Of a stretch of DNA of 64,000 nucleotides, positions 54,455 through 64,000 are shown one piece after another; positions within the stretch are counted from its first letter, which is position 1; each line of letters opens with the position of its first letter. The stretch is from NCBI RefSeq assembly GCF_006345805.1, contig NC_042997.1, forward strand, positions 17,484,001 to 17,548,000, given 5' to 3'. A program made the translations under genes and the position numbers. This stretch comes from Octopus sinensis. Lineage: Eukaryota. The notes under the pieces are model-generated. The model made no database searches. It had not been told where the DNA came from and was given only the letters and a program-made list of their open reading frames with translations.

Positions 54455-54559
54455 GATCTATATATATATATATACCATCATCATCATTTAACGTCATACA
54501 GTTTACCTTTTACTCGGAGGGAGAGGCCCTTTGTCACTAGCAGAAGTAAGAGCTCTCTG

Positions 54560-54615
<56 letters not shown>

Positions 54616-54734
54616 ATATATATGTGTGTGTTTGTGTGTGTGTGTATGTATTAGGAATCAGTAGAAGTTAAAAGAATTACTTAAGGGCAGAAAGTTTGTA
54701 CATTACCAAACATTGAAATACACACACATATATG

Positions 54735-54803
<69 letters not shown>

Positions 54804-54899
54804 CTTATACATAGGGTGCAAGGGGTATTTGAGAACACCTAATTAGCAGTATATTACTCTCTTCACATGAATTAAAGTTTTCTACTTTTTTCAGATATC

Positions 54900-55660
54900 C
54901 CATGGCAGACAAAATGCTAACACAAGAAATGAAAAGATATGCAATCTTTGTTGCCATATGAGTTAAACACAGTGATTTAAAAATTGCCAGTCAGCTAATT
55001 GTTGCAAGATCTTTTGTACACAAAATTTGGATGGAATTGGAAGCATTAGGTGGGAATGTTTCAACTGTATCAAAGAGAAAGAGAAAAACTTTCTAATCAT
55101 TTGGACACTGTAAAGTCACTGCAATTTATCCAACAGGTTTAAAACATTATTGATGATGATCCTAGGAAATCAGTGAGGGCTATCACCTAAGAACTTCAGG
55201 TGTTTGAGTGGGCTATCAAAGCTGTGGTACATGGGGGATATTCCATACAAATTATATGCACTGAGTAGCAGACAATTTATTTCTGTAAAGACAGGAAAAC
55301 CATTTGATCTGTGCCAGGCAGTTACTTAACAAGGTTAAAAACAGTCACCAGCATGGCATCATTTGGTTCTCTGAGCAAAAGCCTAACGGGAGAAATGACA
55401 AATGGTTATGTGCAGATCCTTCTGATGTTCTCCTGGCTGATGCTCACACAGTTTCCAGCTATTGTAATGGTTTTAGGAATGGTGAGTAATGAAGATCCTG
55501 TCATGCCACCTCACATCTTTCCAAAGGCTCTAAGAATTTATGCTGCTAGATACAATTGTTGAGCATTAGCTGGATGAAGTATGCTCTTGAAGGCCATATC
55601 TGTTTCAACAAAACTCAACAACATCTCACAAAGCCCTCATAACTAGATTTAGATAAAGTG
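54900..55660 (+). mobile_element. Degenerate maT (DD37D-like) Tc1/mariner remnant
   Basis: MADKMLTQEMKRYAI...ARSFVHKI...DDDPRKSVRAI...RNDKWL...QFPAIVMVLGMVSNEDPVMPPHIFP. The catalytic triad and TIRs cannot be recovered by eye, so the subfamily call is tentative. Confidence 0.7.
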
Positions 55661-56836
55661 GGACCCCTGAGCCAATACATTTTAGGATTCCCTATGATTT
55701 TGTGTATGTAAATTTTTAACTGCTTAGATGTAAACAACAGGATTGGCCATTGCAAAAACAAATATAACATTGTAAATAATCTAAATACAAACAACATTAA
55801 TAATTCCATATCAATTTTGTATTTTCCTAATTTTTTTGGCATATTCCATTACATTAATGGCTGCCTACATTTCATAGTTTCTGACATGTTGATGTTGCCT
55901 AGTTTATTTATTTGGAGAAAGTATTGCTGTTACCTTACCTAGAAGTATTTTTTTAAATGCACTACTTAAAAAAGAGCTAATACTAAACATGAGCTAATAA
56001 GAAGTTCCCCATTACATCTAGCCCCCCCCCCCCGTTAAACTTGAAAAGACCTTGCTAGATTCAGAGGGGCTCAGTTCAATGTCATGTGTTCTAATCTAAA
56101 AGGGCCCATCAAATCAAAAGAAAACTAAAAAGTTTTAAAAGAACACTTCTGGATTAAAAACGAATTACAAATTATTTGATTGCTGTCAAAATATCATTTA
56201 ATTTTTAACTCCTAGCTTTAGGCTTCTCTGAGATAAAAGGCTCTTCAAAGCTTGAGACCTCATAAACTTCGAGTTCACTGTAACATGGCCCATATTATCA
56301 CATACATAAAGCAAATCTGGCCTCATATATCGTATATCTATCTATCTACATGTATGCATACATGTGTGTGTGTGTGCGTGTGTGTGTACACACACACACA
56401 AACACATATATAGGTGCAAATGTGGCTGTGTGGTAAGAAGTTTGCTTCCCAACTACTATATAGTTCTGGGTTCAGTCCCACAGCATGGCACCTTGGGCAA
56501 GGGTCTTCCACTATAGCCTCGATCTGACCAAGGCCTTGTGAGTGGATATGATAGGTGGAAACTGAATGAAGCCCATCATATATGTATATATATATACACA
56601 CACACATATATATTTATGTATGTGTGTGTGTGTGTATCTTTCTTTGTCCCCCCATCATTGCTTGACAACCAATGGTGGGGTGTTCATGTCCTGTAACTTA
56701 GCAGTTTGGCAAAAGACAATAATAGATTAAGTACTTGGCTTACAAAGAGTAAGTCCTTCTTTGACTAAAACCTTTTAAGGTAATGCTCCAACATGGCTGC
56801 TGTTGAATGACTGAAATATGTAAAAGAATATAAATA

Positions 56837-57818
56837 CAGGGATTGTACAAAATAATGGAAACATCTAGCATTATAGCATCATAATTTTGAAATATCTATA
56901 AAACCATCAAAAGCTTGTTCATTTTTATGTTTTTTGATTTATTATGAGTGTTGTTTAATATGTTTTTGCTAAAATTGCTGTTTCCTTTCAGATATCATCA
57001 GAAAAAGGTAATTAAAATTGATTAAAATGATAGATCTATTGGCGTTTCAAAGAGGTCAGATTGTTGCTGCTCATATGGAAGGCGCTAGCATAATGAAAAC
57101 AGTTGAAATGTTTGGTGTCTTGAAAGTAATGATAGCCTTTGTGAAAGAGGGAAAAATCTCCTCGAAACAAAACTCTGGAAGAAAACCAAAACTTTCAGAT
57201 AGGGACCGTGGACTCTTATGCAAATTGTTAGAATTTGGAGAGAGCCAAAAGAAGCATTTGACCCAGACTGCCTTCTTCCAGATGTTAAATATGGAGGAGG
57301 ATCTGTGATGATCTGGAGGGCTATATCTTGGAAATCCATCGGCCCAATGGTTTCCCTTCATGGCAGAATTAATAGTCGAGACTATTTAAGCATTTTATCT
57401 GATCAAATTCAACCTATGTTTGCAGAACTGTTTCCGGAGGGAAACACAATCTTTCAGGATGATAATGCACCAATTCACACAGCTAAAGTTGTTACTGAGT
57501 GGCACGAGGAACATTTTAGGGAAGTTGAACATCTTATCTGGCCACCTCAGTCCCCAGATCTCAATAGTATTGAATATTCATGGTGCATTTTACAAAAACA
57601 AGTAAGGAGTTGGTATCTTTCATCAGCATCACTACAAGAACTGGAAACTGTTTTAGCTGAAGAATGGAGAAAAATTCCTTTGGAAACAATTCAAACTTTG
57701 TACGAGTGCATACCTCATAGAATTCAAGCTGTAATTACTGCCAAAGGCGATCATACCCCACATTAAAATAAATTTGTTTGAAATTTTAAGATGTTTCCAT
57801 TATTTTGTCCAACCCCTG
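56837..57818 (+). mobile_element. Tc1-like transposon with DD36E spacing, internally deleted (982 bp)
   Basis: TIRs cagggattgtacaaaataatggaaacatct and agatgtttccattattttgtccaacccctg; TA on the left, TG on the right. HTH plus SGRKPK in ORF 57018-57308. ORF 57218-57766 has VKYGGGSVMIW...FQDDNAPIH...WPPQSPDLNSIE, with D at 57461 and E at 57572, 36 residues apart. Confidence 0.93.
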
Positions 57819-57865
57819 TGTATATGCACATTTATAAACATATATGAGCATATACATACATTCAC

Positions 57866-58060
57866 CATGATAGATCGCTAGCCACTAAGCCTTTTTCTAT
57901 TTTCTCACCCTGTTTATTTCTGTGTTCCTTTCTGTTGAAGAGCATAGGCTCGAAACATATAAGACTTTCTCACTTCCTGAGCATTAAACTAATACATCTC
58001 TTTGTTGTTTACACACCTGTCTTCGTCTTTTGTATTTGTTTGTAAATTCTCACGGTGCAT
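57866..58060 (+). mobile_element. Penelope-like pLTR-type segment with a decayed or variant hammerhead motif
   Basis: 57932-57960: CUGUUGA-A-GAGC(AUAG)GCUC-GAAAC-AUAU, the same architecture as 7589-7623, followed by a similar ttcctgagc.t..a..a.taca tail. Confidence 0.5.
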
Positions 58061-58078
58061 ATGTGTACATGTATATTC

Positions 58079-58130
<52 letters not shown>

Positions 58131-58183
58131 ATATATATATATATATATCCATATATATATATATATATCATATATATATATCC

Positions 58184-58232
<49 letters not shown>

Positions 58233-58233
58233 C

Positions 58234-58318
<85 letters not shown>

Positions 58319-58360
58319 TATATGCCTATATATATATATAACATATATATATATATCCAT

Positions 58361-58396
<36 letters not shown>

Positions 58397-58409
58397 GTGC
58401 CTATATAGA

Positions 58410-58620
58410 TCACACTCGCATCTCATAACAGCAATACAAAACAATTATTTCACCTCAATTGGCCCTGCTCTCTTTAACATCACACCAAAATGCACGAAAG
58501 CAGAAACAGACCCATAAAGTTTGAGAAGTCTATGGGCAAATTCCTACAAGAAATCCTGGATAAACCTCCTACACCAGGACATGTCACCATAAACAATAAC
58601 TCCCTACTTGAGTGGGCCAT
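58410..58620 (+). mobile_element. 3' end fragment of a CR1-type LINE
   Basis: [25 protein letters not shown]...*KFEKSMGKFLQEILDKPPTPGHVTINNNSLLEWA is a typical CR1 C-terminus (GP.LFN...F...LD.FL..PD.P....NSL). Confidence 0.75.
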
Positions 58621-58844
58621 GTTGCACTATTCCTAATTTGAATGATATTGCCAAGTGGTGCTATTAAATTAAAGATGGTTTGGGCAAATACTGACCAAAC
58701 ACTAACAAAGTATGAAAGTATATATATATGTACACATACACATATGTGTGTTTGTGTGTATATATATATATATATAATTATACATACACACATGTATATT
58801 ATATATATCATATATATATATATAATATATTATACATACACACA

Positions 58845-58879
<35 letters not shown>

Positions 58880-58884
<5 letters not shown>

Positions 58885-59460
58885 AAATCAAATCAAATCA
58901 AAATCAATTCGATGACTGGCATCTGGGCTAGCGGGATGCGAAGAGCACCATACGAGTGTGATCGTCGACAGAGCGTCTATTTGAGTTTGATCATTTCCAG
59001 CATCGCCTTACTGGCACTCATGCCTGTGCTAGTAGGGTGCCAAAAGCACCATCCAAGCGTGATCATTGCCAGAGTAGCCAACTGGCTTCTGTACCCCACT
59101 GTCCAAGCATGATCGTTGCCAGAGTAGCCAACTGGCTTCCGTACCCGTGGCACATACAAGGGCACCATTCGAGCTTGATCGTTACCAACGTTGCTTCACT
59201 GGCACCTGTGCTGGTGGCACATGTAGAAGATTCGAGCGAGATCATTGCCAGTACCGCCTGACTGGCCCTGTGCCAGTGGCATGTAAAAAAGCACCCACTA
59301 CACTCTCGGAGTGCTTGGTGTTAGGAAGGGCATCCAGCTGTAAAAACTCTGCCAAATCAAGATTGGAGCCTGGTGCGGCCATCTGGCTCGCCAGCCCTCA
59401 GTCAAAATCGTCCAACCAATGCTAGCATGGAAAACGGACGTTAAATGATGATGATGATTA
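58880..59460 (+). mobile_element. RTE 3'UTR variant with tandem ~48-bp units and (GAT)n tail
   Basis: (aaatc)n start, repeated gatc.ttgccagagtagccaactggctt, then ttaggaagggcatccagc...catggaaaacggacgttaaatgatgat. Confidence 0.8.
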
Positions 59461-59499
59461 TCATGAACATTATGTATAAATATATGCATATGTGTATTT

Positions 59500-59501
59500 A
59501 T

Positions 59502-59533
<32 letters not shown>

Positions 59534-60315
59534 GTGCATGTGTATATATATCTATATCTCTCTATATATATATGATTATATATATTTCCATATCTATATG
59601 TATACATACCTATATATTTATATATATCTATATATATGTACATGTATAAACACACACACATATATGCATATGTTTATATATATACATGGTGATACATACT
59701 CATATGTATATATACAGACATATAAGTATTCATTTATATATATACATACACACATACATATGTGCATACATATATATGCATCATATATATATATACACAT
59801 ATATATATGCATACACACTTATATAAAATACATATATATATATATACATACACATACGCATACATATATACTCATACATATCTAGATTGATATAAATATG
59901 TCTATATATATATATATATCTATCTATTTGTAAAGTGTTAGTCCATATAAACTCTTTAAATTGTTTTAGTTTTAAAGGTGCAGTCATACATGCATATATG
60001 CGTGTTTGTATATATATATATGTGTGTGTACATATATATATATACATACATACATACAAATATATATATGTTTGCATAAATATATATACATATGTATATA
60101 CATATACATTTACATATATTCACTTATATATACATACATATACAAATATATTATATATGTAAAACCTCAGTGCTTGAATGTTTTGCATATATATATGTAT
60201 ATATATATATATAAAACTTCAGTGTTTGAATGTTTTGTGCGTATATATTATATATTAAAACCTCAGTGTTTGAATGTTTTGTGTGTGTATATATATAAAT
60301 CCAAAAAAATCAATA

Positions 60316-60352
<37 letters not shown>

Positions 60353-60598
60353 CTATATTATTATATATATATACGTACATATATATTCATAAATTTACAT
60401 ATATAAATATAGATATGTACAATATATATAATACAACACAATATATAAATATATATGTGTACATATATATACATACACACATATATAAATATATATATGT
60501 ACAGGTATATACATACACATATATAAATATATATATGTACATATATATATACATACACACATATATAAATATATATATGTACATATATATACATACAT

Positions 60599-60643
<45 letters not shown>

Positions 60644-60977
60644 CATATACATACATATATTCACATATACATACAAACATATATATATATATATACATAA
60701 TTCCTATATATATACATATATATATATATATATACATATATACATATATATATTCTTATATGCATACATATATACATACATGCATATATATATTTATATA
60801 CATACATACATATATATATATATATACTTATATACATACATACATATACTTCTATATATATATATATGTATATACATACATACACATATCTACTTATATA
60901 CATACAACTCATGCTAGCATGGAAAGCGGACGCTAAACGATGATGATGATGATACATATACATGCATACATATACTT

Positions 60978-61008
<31 letters not shown>

Positions 61009-61252
61009 AACACATATATATTCTTTTATTCATTTACTATTTTAATCATTTGACTGTGACCTAGCTGTTGCACTGCCTGAAAGGGTGTTAGTTGAAGAAA
61101 TCAACTCTAGTACTTATTCCTTTTAAGCCTAGCACTTATTGTTTCAGTCTCTTTGCTGAACCTCTAAGGTACAGAGACATAAACACGCCAGCATAGGTTG
61201 CCAAGTAATGGGGGGGAGAAACACACACACACACAAATATATATGTATGTAT

Positions 61253-61283
<31 letters not shown>

Positions 61284-62240
61284 AAAAAAGGAAATGAAGA
61301 AAATGCTGACAAAATAATTATATATATATATATATATATACTACAGGCTTCTTCCAGTTTCTGTCCACCAAATCAACTCACAATGCTATAATAGAAGACA
61401 CTTGCACAAAGTACCACTGAGTGGGACTGATGTTGGAACCATGTTGTTGGGTAGCAGGCTTCTTATCACACAGCCACGTATGTATATATGGAAATTATAT
61501 ATATATATATACATATATATATACATATATATATACATATATACATATATACATATATATATATATATACATATACACATATATATACATATACATATAT
61601 ACATATATATACATATATATATACACATATATACATATATACATATATATATACACATATATACATATATACATATATATATACACATATATACATATAT
61701 ACATATATATACATATATATATATACACATATATACATATACACATATATTATACATATATATATACACATATACATATATACATATATACATATATATA
61801 TACACATATATACATATATATATACACATATATACATATATATATACACATATATACATATATATACATATATATATACACATATATACATATATACATA
61901 TATATATACATATATACCTACAAATATATATACATATACATATACATATATATACATATACGTACAAATACATATATATACATATATATACGTATACATT
62001 TATATATACATATATATACATATACATATATATACATATATATACATATACATATATATACATATGCATATATATACATATATATACATATAATACATAT
62101 ACATATATACATATATATACATATATATACATATATATACATATATACATATATACATATATATACATATACATATAAATACATATACATATATATATAT
62201 ACATTATATATACATATACAATATATATACATACATATAC

Positions 62241-62275
<35 letters not shown>

Positions 62276-62631
62276 CATATATATATATACATATATATAC
62301 ATAACATATAATATACATATATATATATATACATATATATCATACATTATATAAATATATATACATATATATACACATATTATACATATATTACATATAT
62401 ATACATTATATATACATATATATATACATATATTACATATATTATATATATATTATAGATATTACATATTACCTATATATATATACCATACATATAATAT
62501 ATATACATAGATATATATACATATACATATATATACATGCATATATATACATACATATATATACATATATATATATATACATACATATATATACACATAC
62601 ATATATATACATACATATATATACATATATA

Positions 62632-62664
<33 letters not shown>

Positions 62665-63161
62665 GTATATATACATACATATACATATATACATACATAT
62701 ACATATATACATACATATGTATATATACATACATATGTATATATACATACATATACATACATATGTATATATACATACATATACACATACATATACATAT
62801 GTATATATACATACATATACATACATATGTATATATACATACATATACACATACATATACATATATATATATATATACATACATATATATATATATACAT
62901 GCATATATATATATACATACGTATATATATATTATACATATACATACATAATATATATATACATGCATATATATATAATATACATATTACATAATATATA
63001 TATACATATACATATATACATACCATATAGACACATTATATATACATAATATACACATATATGTATACACATACATATACACATATATGTATTACACATA
63101 ATATACATATATAGATATATATATATATAATATATATACACATACATATATATATATACAT

Positions 63162-63223
<62 letters not shown>

Positions 63224-63260
63224 ATTTATATACATACATATATATTCATACATACACACA
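59500..63260. repeat. Very long compound (TA)/(TACA)/(CA) microsatellite field, ~1.8 kb uninterrupted from 61480 to 63260
   Basis: Direct reading; source of all the I/Y/H/T-rich ORFs up to 310 aa. Confidence 0.95.
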
Positions 63261-63933
63261 TACAATTGATTGAATTAATCAGAGAAAATAAAAATCAGTT
63301 TATATGTTCTGTTCAAATGCAGTCATATTTAGAAGCACAGAATTTCTGATTCATTTAAGTACGTAAAATATATCTTTGTCTGTATTCGTCTGTATACGAT
63401 TTGCATACATGCATACAAGTATGAGTACATAGATGCTTGTTGTGTATCTCTTTTCGTGTAAGTGTATGCATATGTGTTTGTGTCTGTATTAAATTTGTAT
63501 TTATACAAATCAGTATTCATTGTATTTTTGAATCACATTTGTACCATATTTACAATATAAATGTTAGTATTTTATACTATAATCAAAACTCTATGTAATA
63601 ATTCATTGTAAAAACTGTTGCAATGGAAAGAAAATTATCCAAATTGTTTGGTAAGTTTCAATTTTAGATTTACAACTGAAAAGTTATTCCTCAGGTTTCC
63701 AAATTTTCATTCTATCCAACTTGACTCACAAATGTTGGATTAGCCGAGAGGTTGGGGGGGGGGGACAAACAAAAGAGAAACATTAGTTCAAGATACATTT
63801 AGAATGATCTTTGAAGTTCCTGATAGTAAAGTAAACTTCTTAACTATTCCAGCAAGCTTTGAATTTATATTTCATCATGACAGACATAAACATACACAAA
63901 TATATACATACAGACACACATAGACACACACAC

Positions 63934-63979
<46 letters not shown>

Positions 63980-64000
63980 ATATATATAATATATATATAT

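Noticed and set aside
60160-60290. CRISPR-like array (three copies of aaaacctcagtg.ttgaatgttttg with spacers)
   Set aside because: The spacers are (TA)n microsatellite, there are only three units, no cas genes, and the context is eukaryotic; it is a small tandem duplication.

Overview
This is AT-rich eukaryotic non-coding DNA dominated by repeats, with no complete protein-coding gene. The SINE/LINE repertoire resembles an octopus (coleoid cephalopod) genome; that assignment is recognition from memory, not a database result. Nearly all ORFs in the supplied track are translations of (TA)n/(CA)n/(TACA)n or trinucleotide tracts. The real coding remnants are transposable elements: RTE LINE pieces carrying a PHD-type finger, a head-to-head pair of CR1-type LINEs, an R4/Dong-like restriction-endonuclease LINE tail, a Helitron remnant, a Tigger/pogo remnant, a mariner, a maT-like remnant, a piggyBac-type MITE and a Tc1-like element with DD36E spacing. 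The most striking unexplained structure is a set of fold-back (inverted-repeat) elements carrying minimal type I hammerhead ribozyme motifs from at least four unrelated sequence families. The best is a perfect 154-bp inverted repeat at 22089-22448 with an intact hammerhead fold on each strand. These look like Penelope-like pLTR derivatives. A candidate host first exon (5'UTR, uORF, ATG-G|GTAAG) lies on the minus strand at about 3380-3700. All alignments, folds and counts were done by eye; coordinates of decayed elements are approximate.
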